Positions 41,446 through 52,594 of a stretch of 64,000 bases of DNA are shown here, piece by piece. The notes under the pieces were generated by a model, which was not told where the DNA came from, searched no databases, and saw only the letters and a list, made by a program, of their open reading frames with translations. This stretch comes from Nitrospirota bacterium (GTDB taxonomy: Bacteria; Nitrospirota; UBA9217). How positions within the stretch are numbered: position 1 is the stretch's first letter; each line of letters starts with the position of its first letter. Both the position numbers and the translations under genes were made by a program. The stretch is taken from NCBI GenBank assembly GCA_963818475.1, contig CAWFSF010000002.1, positions 608,001 through 672,000 on the forward strand, read 5' to 3'.

Positions 41446-42742
41446 ATGAAAAAACAACCAATGATCGCTGACGAATCCGGCGGTGTGGTGATCCTGGTCG
41501 CCCTCATGCTTGTCGTCCTCCTGGGCATGACGGCGCTTGCCATCGACATCGGACACCTTATGGTAGTCCGGAACGAACTGCGCAACGCCGCTGACGCCGG
41601 TGCGTTGGCGGGTGCGAGCAGGCTCTATACCGCTACCACAGGCACCGGCTTTATCATCAATCCCGAAACGAATGACGTGGCCGCCGCAGCTGCCATGGCA
41701 AATTCGAGCGACGGCGCTCCTGTGGAGGCCCCGTCCGATTCGGCTATCCAGAAAGGGCACTGGTGCTTCACCTGTCCCGCTGACCCTGCCGACCCGACGG
41801 GCGAAAAGGGTTTTTTCACAGCGAACGACACGGCAAGCACCTATACAATGAACAGTTTTGACTGGCTGACGGTCGACGCCGATACGAGCTATGTAAACGC
41901 CGTACGTGTCGTTGCCAGCCGCGGTTCGGCAGCGGCATACTTTGCAGGCATCTTCGGCTTCAGCAGCTTTTCGCTGAACGCCGAATCAGTCGCCTGGCTG
42001 GGCTTCGCCGGGTCGAACTTCACCGCCGACGCGCCCATCGCCATCTGCATAGAAAAAATTGTCAACGCCGACGGCGGTCTCAATTGCAAAACAGGAGTGA
42101 TGTCAAACACGGAAAACGAAACCACTGCATGGACCAATCTCACCCAGGACCCCTGGGAGTCGTCGAGCTCGAGCAGCGTCAACAATCTTCTCGAAAACGA
42201 GGGTGCGGAGCTCTCAAACCATATTCTTAGCTTAGGACCCATGAGCACCACAAACGCTGTGGCGGCCGACGTATTAGCTAACTTCTACGCCCTCTGGCCT
42301 TCAAAGACCCAGACTCTGGAAACTGACGCTGCCGATGATCGAATGCAACGACTCGCCCCCCGGACCAAGCAACAAGGTCGTCGGTGCAGTTAATGTAGAA
42401 ATCTTCTGGATGACAGGAAACGGGGAGGATCCGCACTTTATTGACGTCCCAACAGAGTTTGTGGTCCCGGCCTCATTTGGAACGGAAACGAAATATGAAT
42501 GCCCCTTAACGTGCGACACCGAACCGTGCGCTTCCCAAGCCACCGAAGACGGCCGCAAGCTCTGTTGGCAGAAGTTCCTGAAAGACTTCAAAGTGGTCGG
42601 CAGCGACGATCTGGAAACCGCGGTGAAGGATTACAAGAAAAAGAGCATTTATTTTGCGCCTTCCTGCACGATCGCGAGCGAAGGCAGTTCGGGCGGCGCG
42701 CCGTCGAACGTGCCTGCAAAATATCCAAGGCTGGTGAAATAG
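41446..42742 (+). CDS. tadG: TadG-like pilus tip protein (frameshift near 42320)
   Basis: ALAIDIGHL...ELRNAADAGALAGA; Cys-rich C-terminus ending PRLVK in the second frame. Confidence 0.8.
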
Positions 42743-42752
42743 CGAGGTCAAT

Positions 42753-44057
42753 ATGTTTATGTCGGAGATCTTAACCGTCAGGCTGGACATAAAAAATCCG
42801 GACGCAGCAGCCGCTTTGCATGAGGCCGTTTCCGCGGTCCCGGGTTTCTTCATCGGAGGCAACGGGAGCGCGCGTTACGACGTCCTGTTTCTGGAGATCG
42901 GCTATGACCTGGTTGAGGAATTCAAGCTCCTGGAACAGATCCGGGCGAAAGGCCTGGCCAGGCACATCTTCCTCACGTCGTTGCGCAAGGACCCGGACGT
43001 CCTCTTAAAGGCGTTGAAGACAGGAGTGCAGGAGTTTTTCCTCCAGCCGCTCGATAAGGATGAGGTCATCGCGTCCTTAACGAAACTCAAAAAGTGCGCA
43101 GAAGTGGAAGGCCCTCAAAAGGCGCCCGCGAAAAGGGGCATGATCATCACTGTTCTGGGAAGCAAGGGCGGCGTGGGATCGACCACCACGGCCGTGAACC
43201 TTGCCGTCTGCCTCAAGGCGGTGGAACGGAACAAGTCCGTGGTCCTGATGGATATGAACCCCGTCCTCGGCGGCGTCCATCTTTTTCTCGACACCAAAAC
43301 CTCCTTCAGCTGGACCGAGGGCGCCCGCGACATCGAGCGCATGGACTCCACCTATCTGCTGAATACCCTCTGCAGGCATGACACGGGAATTCATGTCCTT
43401 CCCGCTCCCTCGAAGCCGGTGGGGCTTGAGGAGGCGACCCCCGAGACCATGGAACGGCTCGTAGGTCTCATGCGGTCCACGTTCGACATTATCGTGATGG
43501 ACGGGTGCAGGTCCTTTGACGATCTGTCGCTCACGATGCTCGATCTTTCAGACATGATCCTGGTGGTCTCGGAGCTGAACCTTCCCTCGCTCGTCAACGC
43601 GAAGAAACTGCTGGAGACCTTCGATGGTCTGGGCCTTTCCTTTGGCAAGGAAATAAAGGTCGTCATCAACCGGTATCAGAAAAAAACGATGCTCTCTCCC
43701 GCGGAAGCGGAAAAGACCCTAGGCAGGAAGATCGTCGCCATGATCCCGAATGACTATGAGACGACCATGTCGGCCATTAATACGGGAAAAACCATTTCGG
43801 ACATGAAATCGGACATCATGGAGCATTTCAAAGAACTGGCCGTCCTGCTTCTCCATAAAGAAGCCGCCAGGAAGGAAAGGACGTTCGCGTCGCTGGAGTT
43901 CATCAGGAAAAAATGGAAGACTCTTACGCGGTCCGACGGCAAACCGCTGCAATCAGACGGCATACCGCTCAGAAAACCGGCTGCCGCGCCCCGTCGAACG
44001 GAAACGGTCACTCAGGAAAGAATCCTTGTTCCCTCGAAATTCAGCGGAAAAAAGTAA
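42753..44057 (+). CDS. cpaE: CpaE/TadZ (receiver-like + MinD-type ATPase)
   Basis: KGGVGSTTTAVNLA; N-terminal REC-like domain. Confidence 0.88.
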   Translation: MFMSEILTVRLDIKNPDAAAALHEAVSAVPGFFIGGNGSARYDVLFLEIGYDLVEEFKLLEQIRAKGLARHIFLTSLRKDPDVLLKALKTGVQEFFLQPLDKDEVIASLTKLKKCAEVEGPQKAPAKRGMIITVLGSKGGVGSTTTAVNLAVCLKAVERNKSVVLMDMNPVLGGVHLFLDTKTSFSWTEGARDIERMDSTYLLNTLCRHDTGIHVLPAPSKPVGLEEATPETMERLVGLMRSTFDIIVMDGCRSFDDLSLTMLDLSDMILVVSELNLPSLVNAKKLLETFDGLGLSFGKEIKVVINRYQKKTMLSPAEAEKTLGRKIVAMIPNDYETTMSAINTGKTISDMKSDIMEHFKELAVLLLHKEAARKERTFASLEFIRKKWKTLTRSDGKPLQSDGIPLRKPAAAPRRTETVTQERILVPSKFSGKK

Positions 44058-44089
44058 GACTTATTTAAAACGTCTTTGGGAGGTAGGAG

Positions 44090-45463
44090 ATGCGGGAAAT
44101 CAAAGGAGCGGGAGCTGTGCTGGATGTCCAGGGATTTCAAAAAGTCCCTCACCCTGCGGTCAGTCAGGGCTTTGTGTCGACCAACGAATACCAGGAACTG
44201 AAGACCGCTGTCCAGAACAGGCTCCTGGATGTTATCGACCTGAGGCTTCTGGAGACCGTCGAAAAGAGCCAGCTCAGGCAGGAGATCAGAAGGCTCGCCG
44301 AGCGCTTGCTCTCCGAAGTAAAGATGAACGTGCCGCTCAACTTCGAGGAGCGTGAAAAGCTTCTGAAGGACATCGAGGACGAGGTGATGGGCCTGGGGCC
44401 CCTGGAGCCCTTCATGCACGATCCGACGGTGTCGGACATTCTCGTCAACACCTACCGCCAGCTCTACGTCGAGCGGCGCGGAAAACTGGAGAAGACCGAG
44501 GCCCGCTTCAAGGACGACGCGCACCTGCGCAGGATCATCGATAAGATCGTTTCGGCCGTGGGACGGAGGATCGATGAATCGAGCCCCATGGTGGACGCCC
44601 GCCTTGCCGACGGTTCGCGGGTGAACGCGATCATCCCTCCTCTGGCGATCGCCGGGCCGATGCTCTCGATACGGCGCTTCGCCGTGGACCCGCTCGAACT
44701 CGAAGACCTGATCGGCCTGAAAACGCTGACGCCCGAACTGGGAGACCTTCTCAAGGGCATTGTCCGGGCGAAGCTCAACGTGATAATATCCGGCGGCACC
44801 GGCACCGGTAAGACGACGTTCCTGAACGTCCTGTCCCGCTTCATACCCGCCGACGAGCGGGTCGTCACCATTGAAGACTCGGCCGAACTGCAGATGAAGC
44901 AGGAACACGTCGTGAGCCTGGAAACGCGGCCCGCGAATATAGAGGGCAAGGGCGAGATCACCGCGCGGGACCTGGTACGAAACAGCCTCCGCATGCGGCC
45001 GGACAGGATCATCGTGGGCGAGGTCCGCAACAGCGAGGCCGTGGATATGCTGCAGGCCATGAACACGGGCCACGACGGCTCCCTGACCACCATCCACGCC
45101 AATTCGCCCCGCAACGCCCTCATGCGCCTCGAAACGATCGTGGCCATGGCCGGGCTGAATATCCCGAACGAGGCGATACGGAAGTACATAAGCTCCGCCA
45201 TCAACGTGTTCATCCATCTTACCCGTCTCGTCGACGGGACGAGAAAGGTCGCGAGCGTCCACGAGGTCGTGGGCATGGAAGGCGACGTGGTGACGATGCA
45301 GGAGATCTTCGCCTTCGAGCAGACTGGCGTGGACGATAAGGGCGCTGTCAGGGGCAGGTTCGTTGCCCGGGGGGTCATGCCCAAGTTCATCGAGCGCTTC
45401 AAGGTCATGAACATCCCCGTGCCCTATGAGCTTTTCGATGAAAACAACGTCATGAAGATCTGA
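44090..45463 (+). CDS. tadA: Tad secretion ATPase CpaF/TadA
   Basis: [38 protein letters not shown]. Confidence 0.96.
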   Translation: MREIKGAGAVLDVQGFQKVPHPAVSQGFVSTNEYQELKTAVQNRLLDVIDLRLLETVEKSQLRQEIRRLAERLLSEVKMNVPLNFEEREKLLKDIEDEVMGLGPLEPFMHDPTVSDILVNTYRQLYVERRGKLEKTEARFKDDAHLRRIIDKIVSAVGRRIDESSPMVDARLADGSRVNAIIPPLAIAGPMLSIRRFAVDPLELEDLIGLKTLTPELGDLLKGIVRAKLNVIISGGTGTGKTTFLNVLSRFIPADERVVTIEDSAELQMKQEHVVSLETRPANIEGKGEITARDLVRNSLRMRPDRIIVGEVRNSEAVDMLQAMNTGHDGSLTTIHANSPRNALMRLETIVAMAGLNIPNEAIRKYISSAINVFIHLTRLVDGTRKVASVHEVVGMEGDVVTMQEIFAFEQTGVDDKGAVRGRFVARGVMPKFIERFKVMNIPVPYELFDENNVMKI

Positions 45464-45573
45464 GCAGGACCGCCCTGCTCAGAGGGCGATCCGCCGTTAT
45501 TGTGTCCAGCTGCGTTTATCAGGTACCAGTCAGCCGATGATCGAGATCATCGCAGCAGAGCGAGGTAAGAACA

Positions 45574-46539
45574 ATGGAGATCGTGATCGGGATCGGGGTT
45601 TTTATTTTCACCTTTCTTTTGATTTATCAGGGCTATTTCATCGTTAAAAGGATCTACCAGCCCGAGCTGAAAAAAGTTCAGGGACGGCTGAACAGTTTCT
45701 CGCTCTCCGGAAACCGCTCCGAAGCGGTGAATATCCTGAAAAAAAAGACGCTGAGCGAGATCCCCTGGCTGAACGAGATGCTCCTGAATATTTCCGTTGT
45801 CGATCGGCTCGAACGGCTGCTCGTCCAGGCCGGTTCGCACCGGCCATCCGGATTTTTTCTGATTCTTGCGGCTTTGCTGTTTATTTCCGGGCTTCTGCTG
45901 TCAGCGGTTCTCAGGATAAACGTTTTTATCATGGTGCTTCCCGCGGCCTTTCTGGCAGCGACCCCCTTTCTCTATCTTTTTAATGAGAGAAAAAAAAGGA
46001 TCGAGAAATTCGAGAGGCAACTGCCCGAAGCCCTCGAACTGCTCTCGCGGGCCCTTAAGGCCGGACATGCCTTTACCAGCGGCTTGAGAATGGTGGCCGA
46101 TGAGTTCGGCGATCCGATCGGCACGGAATTCGGAAAAACACTCGATGAGATCAATTTCGGAGTCGGCGTGCCGGAAGCCTTGACGAATCTGACCCGACGC
46201 TCGGACTGCGAAGACCTTAAGTTTTTCGCCGTCTCCGTGATCATCCAGAGAGAGACCGGAGGCAACCTGGCGGAGATACTTGAGAACCTGGGCCGCCTGA
46301 TGCGCGAGCGCTTTAAGTTCCATGGGCGGGTGAAGGTCCTTTCCGCTGAAGGCAGGGTATCGGCAAGAGTGCTTGTGGCAATACCGTTTTGCGTAGCCGG
46401 GCTCTTTTCCCTGCTCAGGCCGGAATATATAAAAATACTGTTCTCTGATTCCATTGGAAGGGTTCTGGTCGCACTGGCCGCGATCCTGATGTGCTTCGGC
46501 ATTTATGTGATGAAAAAGATGGTCGCTATAAGAGTGTAA
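45574..46539 (+). CDS. tadB: TadB platform protein
   Basis: QLPEALELLSRALKAGH, IQRETGGNLAEIL, SAEGRVS. Confidence 0.92.
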   Translation: MEIVIGIGVFIFTFLLIYQGYFIVKRIYQPELKKVQGRLNSFSLSGNRSEAVNILKKKTLSEIPWLNEMLLNISVVDRLERLLVQAGSHRPSGFFLILAALLFISGLLLSAVLRINVFIMVLPAAFLAATPFLYLFNERKKRIEKFERQLPEALELLSRALKAGHAFTSGLRMVADEFGDPIGTEFGKTLDEINFGVGVPEALTNLTRRSDCEDLKFFAVSVIIQRETGGNLAEILENLGRLMRERFKFHGRVKVLSAEGRVSARVLVAIPFCVAGLFSLLRPEYIKILFSDSIGRVLVALAAILMCFGIYVMKKMVAIRV

Positions 46540-46620
46540 CGCAATTCGTCCTTTTTGTGACCAAGGCGGTGACGAGGCGGGGTTTTTCTCCGGGACAAGG
46601 AGAGAGAACAGGGCGAAATA

Positions 46621-47559
46621 ATGAACATCGGTCTTTTGATAGCGAGCATGGTCTTTGTACTGACCGCGCTTCTGGGCTTTCTGGTGTTCTATTATGCGAA
46701 TTTTTTTAGCCGCAGGCAAAGCATCCGGGAGAGGATCAGGAAAGAGGCTGCGACCGGCGGGAGCGAAGTTTTCTCGAGGGAACGGAAGAAACGGAGTTTG
46801 CTCCTGCGCGCGGCAGGCTGGTTCGGAGAAACCGTCAGGCCGAAACTGGTAAAGGAAGAGTATCTTTCGAAAACACGTGAAAGGCTCTTGAGGGCTGGAT
46901 ATTACAGTGAAAAAGATCCCGTCGTCTTTTTCGGTGCAAAGGTTTTCCTGGCCCTGTTTTTTTCTCTCTTGTGCATGATAGTGTTCTCGGTCCTGCAGGG
47001 CTTGCCGATCCGATTTTTTCTAACGCTCCTCCTTGTTTTTCTGGCAGCGGGCTTTTATCTTCCCGATGCTTATCTTTACCAGCGAACGCGGCACCGGAAA
47101 AGAAAGATCTTCGAAGGGTTCCCCGATGCACTGGACCTCATAGTCATCTGCGTTGAGGCCGGCATGGGGATCGACGCGGCCGTCAGGAGGGTGGGCGAGG
47201 AGGTGGCGTTGAAATGCAAGGTCCTGAGCGATGAGCTCACGATACTGAGCCTGGAGCTCCAGGTGGGCAAACCGCGGGCGGAAGCCCTGCGAAACCTCGC
47301 CATGAGGACGGGCCTTGACGAGGTGGCAAGCCTCGCGTCCCTGCTCCTCCAGACTGACAAATTCGGCACCCGTGTGGCACAGGCCTTGCGGGTGCATTCT
47401 GAGTCGATGAGGACAGAGCGATATCTGCGGGCCGAGGAGCTGGCCGGCAAGCTGCCGGTAAAATTGGTTTTTCCGCTGATTTTTTTCACCTTCCCCGCTC
47501 TTTTTGTGGTCATCGTGGGTCCGGCAATAATCAGGGTCTTCAGGGACCTTCTCTCGTAA
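46621..47559 (+). CDS. tadC: TadC platform protein, copy 1
   Basis: FPDALDLIVICVEAGMG, QTDKFGT, AEELAGKLPVKL. Confidence 0.92.
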   Translation: MNIGLLIASMVFVLTALLGFLVFYYANFFSRRQSIRERIRKEAATGGSEVFSRERKKRSLLLRAAGWFGETVRPKLVKEEYLSKTRERLLRAGYYSEKDPVVFFGAKVFLALFFSLLCMIVFSVLQGLPIRFFLTLLLVFLAAGFYLPDAYLYQRTRHRKRKIFEGFPDALDLIVICVEAGMGIDAAVRRVGEEVALKCKVLSDELTILSLELQVGKPRAEALRNLAMRTGLDEVASLASLLLQTDKFGTRVAQALRVHSESMRTERYLRAEELAGKLPVKLVFPLIFFTFPALFVVIVGPAIIRVFRDLLS

Positions 47560-47637
47560 GTATCCGAATGGGCAGCAAGGGCATGCTGGTCTGAACGCCA
47601 GTTGAAGACGTTGTTGACGATAAAGGGGAGCGAAAAA

Positions 47638-48570
47638 ATGGACAACGATTATTTGATAGCAGGTTTGATGTTTATCCTGATCATGCTTCTGGGGTTGCTT
47701 GCGCTTTATTATGCGAATCGCTACAAAAGCAAAAAAGACATCCGTGAAAGGATCCTTGAGACAACGCCCGGAAATACCGAAGGCCCTTCGAAGGACGGGA
47801 AACGGGGGATTTTCCTGAAAACCGTAAGCAGGTTTGGTGAAGCAATAAGTCCCTCCAGCAACGCCTCTGTCTCACAGACCCGGAAAAAGCTTCTGACGGC
47901 GGGATACTACGGGAACAACGATCCCCTGCTCTTTTTCGGTGCAAAGGCATTCCTGGCGCTTTTCTTTACCGCGTGCAGTGTGATTCTCAAACTAGCGGTC
48001 GTGAAGGCGCTCCCGGCACCTTATTTCCTGGTCCTCATCCTTGTTTCCCTTGCAGCGGGCTTTTATCTGCCCGATGTGTACCTCTATCAGAGAACGGAAG
48101 TCCGGAAGAGAAAGATCTTCGAAGGGTTCCCCGATGCACTCGATCTCATGGTCGTGTGCGTCGAGGCCGGCATGGGTCTTGATGCTGCCATTAAGCGGGT
48201 GGGCGATGAGATGGCGCTTAAGAACAGGGTCCTGAGCGATGAGTTCAAGATCTTGAGCCTCGAGCTGCGCGTGGGCAAGCCGCGGGCTGAGGCTTTGCGG
48301 AACCTCGCTATGCGGACGGATCTCGAAGAGGTGTCGGGCCTCGTAGCCCTGCTCCTCCAGACCGACAAATTCGGCACCAGGGTGGCGCAGGCCCTGAGGG
48401 TGCATTCCGATGCGATGAGAACGAAGCGATACCAGCGGGCCGAGGAGCTGGCCTCCAAGCTGCCCGTAAAGATCGTCATCCCCCTGGTATGCTTTATCTT
48501 CCCCTCGCTCCTGGTGACCATTGTCGGACCGGCAATAATAAGGATCTACAGGGTGCTTATTCATGCGTGA
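47638..48570 (+). CDS. tadC: TadC platform protein, copy 2
   Basis: FPDALDLMVVCVEAGMG, QTDKFGT, AEELASKLPVKI. Confidence 0.92.
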   Translation: MDNDYLIAGLMFILIMLLGLLALYYANRYKSKKDIRERILETTPGNTEGPSKDGKRGIFLKTVSRFGEAISPSSNASVSQTRKKLLTAGYYGNNDPLLFFGAKAFLALFFTACSVILKLAVVKALPAPYFLVLILVSLAAGFYLPDVYLYQRTEVRKRKIFEGFPDALDLMVVCVEAGMGLDAAIKRVGDEMALKNRVLSDEFKILSLELRVGKPRAEALRNLAMRTDLEEVSGLVALLLQTDKFGTRVAQALRVHSDAMRTKRYQRAEELASKLPVKIVIPLVCFIFPSLLVTIVGPAIIRIYRVLIHA

Positions 48571-49510
48571 AAGGATGTGGCACATGATTAAAAAAATGAT
48601 GCGAAAGATTATTCTTTTCTGTTTGGCGGCAATGGTTTTACTCTCCGGATGCGCAGCCAAAAGCGCGGGCGATCTCTCAAAGAAATACGGAAATCCCGGT
48701 GAGCGGAGAATGCTGACTGCCGACGGCAAAAAGACCGACGAGGTCGTGATCACGGCGGGAGAATATGAGAACCTCGGGGACAGCAGCCTCAAGCGAGGCG
48801 ACATTTCCACGGCCTTTATAAACTACACCCGGGCGCTTCAAATGGAGCCCGGGAGGCTGTCGGCCTCGTATAAGACGGGAAGGTTGTTTTTGCTTAAGGG
48901 CATGACGGGTGAAGCGCGGATCGAATTCGAAAAAATGATAAAGAAGGACCCGAAAGACGCCCGGGCCCATGAGGCCCTGGGAAGGGCATATCTTCTCGAT
49001 GGCGACAACGAGCAAGCCATCAAGCATTTTACTACGGTCCTCGGCATAAACGAGCGACTTTGGGAAACCCATAACCTGCTCGGCATTGCCTATGACCGGC
49101 AGAAGAAGTTCAACCTGGCCGTTGACCATTACAAAAGGGCGATCTCGATAAAGCCCGAAGCAGGCGTCGTATATGGCAACCTGGGGGTTTCCTACTACCT
49201 GAATGAAAAGTATGGTAAGGCCAGAGACGCCTTCGTCACCGCGATCGAGAAGGGAGAGGATGGAAGCAGGGTTTACAACAACCTTGCGGTCACCCTGGCG
49301 AAACTGGGCAAATATCGCGCGGCCTATAAAGCCTTAAAAAAGGCAGGCAGCGACGCGACGGCACAGAACAACATCGGCTATCTTTACCTGCTTGACGGGA
49401 AAAACAAGGAGGCCGTGCTGGCCTTTGAAAAAGCCATCGAATTGAATCCGGCCTTTTACGCTAAGGCCCATGAGAACTTGAAGGCGGCCAAAGCTGCCCT
49501 GCAAGAATGA
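48563..49510 (+). CDS. tadD: TPR lipoprotein, TadD-like pilotin
   Basis: Lipobox LSGC; multiple TPRs; end of tad cluster. Confidence 0.75.
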   Translation: MRERMWHMIKKMMRKIILFCLAAMVLLSGCAAKSAGDLSKKYGNPGERRMLTADGKKTDEVVITAGEYENLGDSSLKRGDISTAFINYTRALQMEPGRLSASYKTGRLFLLKGMTGEARIEFEKMIKKDPKDARAHEALGRAYLLDGDNEQAIKHFTTVLGINERLWETHNLLGIAYDRQKKFNLAVDHYKRAISIKPEAGVVYGNLGVSYYLNEKYGKARDAFVTAIEKGEDGSRVYNNLAVTLAKLGKYRAAYKALKKAGSDATAQNNIGYLYLLDGKNKEAVLAFEKAIELNPAFYAKAHENLKAAKAALQE

Positions 49511-49692
49511 ACGTCGGGTAGCGGGCGTTCATTCGCCGTTTTCTGGCTGATCAGCCTGAAAACCTGTTGCAAAAGAGGTATGGTTGTCCTATGCGCTTGT
49601 GGCCGGGGAGGAGTAGGGATCTCGCTTCATTGCCTCATCGCCTGTGGAGGGTGGTTTTTCACCTCATCTTCGCAGGCCGAAAGGAGAGGACC

Positions 49693-50025
49693 TTGAAGAT
49701 CGTGACGCAAATGGCATTGTCGCTGGTTTTACTGGGGGCGGGTTTTGCCGCGGGATTTCCTGTTGGCAAAGACGCCGGATTCAACATCGGAAGCGAGTGG
49801 GCACTCATGCAGGCGAACCTTCTTGCGCGGGAGGCCGGCGTGTTCATGCCTGTTTCTCTGGAACAGGGACAGTTTCGGGTCGTCATCAAGCAGCCGAGAG
49901 GACTTTACAAGCGGGCATGGCAGCTTGCTGACGCAAAAGAGGAAAAAGTGCCCTGGCTGAACAGCGGGGAACTGGCCTTGTTAAAGACCGTACAGCATGG
50001 CGGCAAAGTGTCCATGGCACCCTAG
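49693..50025 (+). CDS. Hypothetical membrane-anchored protein, paralog 1 (TTG start)
   Basis: AAGGAGAGG RBS; near-identical to 52595-53059. Confidence 0.7.
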   Translation: MKIVTQMALSLVLLGAGFAAGFPVGKDAGFNIGSEWALMQANLLAREAGVFMPVSLEQGQFRVVIKQPRGLYKRAWQLADAKEEKVPWLNSGELALLKTVQHGGKVSMAP

Positions 50026-50268
50026 TTTTCCCGGCCAAGGGAACAGAGTGGTGACGCATGCAGCACCTCGCCCCTGCGCTGACCACGGCGTGCGATTTCC
50101 TGCCTGCAACTCCATTATTGCTGCACAAACCCTTCGTGCGTAAGTTCATTCCGTCCGCACTACGTCGGCAAACTTCATAGACAGCGAGAAGCGTCAGGGG
50201 AAACTGCTCGTGCTCTAGAACGCTGTTTCCTTCGGGGAGCAGCCTGCCCTGTTTATACGCGCATATTA

Positions 50269-50297
50269 TTGACAGCATCGGGCGGATTTGGTAGTAT
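50269..50297 (+). promoter_or_regulatory. Sigma70 promoter of thioredoxin-like/ccdA pair
   Basis: TTGACA-17 bp-TAGTAT with TG extension. Confidence 0.7.
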
Positions 50298-50336
50298 GCC
50301 GCACAGATTTAGCAACTCATGAACAAGGAGAATACA

Positions 50337-50738
50337 ATGGGCAGGATCATCGCAATCGTATCACTCATGGCAGCACTGCTGACAACGGGCCTGGCTCTGG
50401 CCGGCGATCAGGCGGCGCCGCTCAGCACACAGGAGCTCAAGCAGGTCATCGGCTCGAACAAAAAAAGCACGCTCGTTTTCTTCCAGAATCCCATGGGCGG
50501 GCCCTGCAGGGCGCAAAAGGAGGTCCTGCAGAAGCTCCAGCAGGACAGAAAAAACAATTTCAACATTGCCAACGTGAGCACCATGAAGCCCGAGGACCAG
50601 AAGGCTTTTTATGATTACGGCATCAGGAACCTGCCGATGCTGGTGCTGGTGGACAAGAACGGCAAGATCAGCCGCGTCTTCTCCCCAGGGATCCAGAGCT
50701 ATGAGACTCTGACCGCGGCGCTGGACGGACTCCGCTAG
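50337..50738 (+). CDS. Exported thioredoxin-fold protein with single Cys (GGPC)
   Basis: Signal peptide; LVFFQNPMGGPCRAQ; YGIRNLPMLVLVD..G. Confidence 0.75.
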   Translation: MGRIIAIVSLMAALLTTGLALAGDQAAPLSTQELKQVIGSNKKSTLVFFQNPMGGPCRAQKEVLQKLQQDRKNNFNIANVSTMKPEDQKAFYDYGIRNLPMLVLVDKNGKISRVFSPGIQSYETLTAALDGLR

Positions 50739-51379
50739 TGGAATTCGGCCTGGCGAACCTTCTGCTTGCAGGGAGTGCGGGGCTGGCGAGCGTGCTCTCG
50801 CCCTGCGTGCTTCCCGTCATCCCGGTCATCATGGCAGGGGCGGACCAGAAGGACCGTCTCCGCCCCCTGCTGGTGGTCCTGGGGCTTTCCCTGACGTTCA
50901 TGGCCATGGGAGCAGTCTCGTCCCTCTTCGGCTCGCTGCTGATCGGCCGCACGCGCTATATCGAAGTGGCAGGCGCGCTGGTCATCATGCTCATGGGCTT
51001 TATGGTGCTGTTCGACGTCAGCATCTTCAAGCGGCTCTATCGACTTTCCAATATACCGGTGAAGGCCGAGGGCAGGTTCGGCGGCCTGGTCCTCGGCCTG
51101 GCCCTCGGGCTGGTCTGGGTCCCCTGCATCGGGCCGTTCCTGTCAAGCATCCTCACCATGGTCGGCACCAGCGGCCAGCTCGTGCCCGGCATCATTCTGC
51201 TCGCGTTCTATTCCCTCGGCCTCGGCATCCCCATGCTGGCGGTGGCCTACTCCTCCCATTTGTTGCAGAGCAGGCTCAGGGGGCTGTCGCAACATGAGGC
51301 GATCCTCAGGTATGTTGCAGGAAGCATTCTCATCGCTTACGGCCTCTATTCGATCCTTGCAGGGAACCTCGCTTTTTAG
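50738..51379 (+). CDS. ccdA: CcdA/DsbD transmembrane disulfide-exchange protein
   Basis: SPCVLPVIP and WVPCIGPFL; about 6 TM. Confidence 0.9.
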   Translation: MEFGLANLLLAGSAGLASVLSPCVLPVIPVIMAGADQKDRLRPLLVVLGLSLTFMAMGAVSSLFGSLLIGRTRYIEVAGALVIMLMGFMVLFDVSIFKRLYRLSNIPVKAEGRFGGLVLGLALGLVWVPCIGPFLSSILTMVGTSGQLVPGIILLAFYSLGLGIPMLAVAYSSHLLQSRLRGLSQHEAILRYVAGSILIAYGLYSILAGNLAF

Positions 51380-51484
51380 CCACGCCACCCTGATCAGGGT
51401 GGCGCGCTGCTTGACTGACCGGGTCTGCCAGCGAAGTGGTCGCCTGCACTGCGCCAATCACCACAATCCCTGAGCGGATGTGAA

Positions 51485-52105
51485 ATGATGAGAACTGCAA
51501 ATAAAATCCTAATCGTTGTTGTGCTTGCCTTCGTAGCGGCAACAGCCGCGCGGAATAACATATGGAGAACCGATGCCGGCCTGTGGGAAGATGTAGTGCG
51601 TAAGACACCGACAAATGTGCGAGCACATTTCAATCTTGGGAGGATTTACCAGGACATCGATGCACTTGACAAAGCTGTTGAGGAATACCTCATTGTTATA
51701 AGAATGAAACCGGATCATGCGAACGCGCATAATAACCTCGGCAATATCTATTTAGATCAAAACCACTATCAGGAAGCGCAACGGGAGTTTGAGGTCGCCA
51801 CTAAACTGGACACTAAATTTCCCTTCGCCCAGTATACCCTCGGAAACCTTTATGCGGCGCAGGGCCGTTATGACGAAGCGCTCAGGCGATACTGGACCGT
51901 ACTGGAACTCATGCCGCGGTCCGCATACACGCATAACAGTCTCGGTATGTTATATGCCGAACAAAACCGCTATTCCGATGCGATCAAGGAATTCGAGATC
52001 GCGCTTATGCTTCAACCAAATTTTGATGGGCGTTGCAAAACCTTCGCAGTACCCGGGAGAAAACACCTTAGGCTACATCGTATCAATGCCTGCTTCCATG
52101 CGTGA
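51485..52105 (+). CDS. TPR protein resembling the C-terminal part of TMTC-type proteins; 3' end probably frameshifted
   Basis: TAARNNIWRTDAGLWEDVV.K.P...RAHFNLG followed by TPRs. Confidence 0.75.
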   Translation: MMRTANKILIVVVLAFVAATAARNNIWRTDAGLWEDVVRKTPTNVRAHFNLGRIYQDIDALDKAVEEYLIVIRMKPDHANAHNNLGNIYLDQNHYQEAQREFEVATKLDTKFPFAQYTLGNLYAAQGRYDEALRRYWTVLELMPRSAYTHNSLGMLYAEQNRYSDAIKEFEIALMLQPNFDGRCKTFAVPGRKHLRLHRINACFHA

Positions 52106-52132
52106 CCGGCAAGCGCTCTCGGAAAATGCATA

Positions 52133-52295
52133 ATCCTAAAAACGGCATTTGGACACGGAAGAATCGGAAACATCTGATTAACTCGGATAAATTCTAAAGC
52201 ATTCACCTATTGGGTGAACCTCTTATAAAAGAAATAATCCGCCGTTATCCGGCTCTTATCCGTGTTAATCCGTGTCCAAATGCTTTTTTAAGGAT
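52133..52295. repeat. Family A element, near-identical to copy at 16981
   Basis: Long shared identity apart from an internal indel after CATCTGATTA. Confidence 0.8.
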
Positions 52296-52594
52296 AATCA
52301 GCATAAAAAAATTCAGAGATGCCGGCTGGGCGGTGAGAGATCACCGCCCTTTTTGCGTGCGCAGCAAGAGCGCGTGTTCTTCTCTGTGGCGACCTGTCAG
52401 AACGGTCCATGATTTTAATTCACATTACTGCGAAAAGATGCAGTCATATGCGCTATATTTTTTGTAGATCGTTTTTGTTTGTTATTTTATCAGCCCAAAA
52501 GGGCTGCTATCCGGGGAAGCGCGGAGGGACATTCTTATTTCCGCTCATCCGGGTGTTGTTTTCGCCACATTTCTCTTACAGAAAGGAGAGGACC

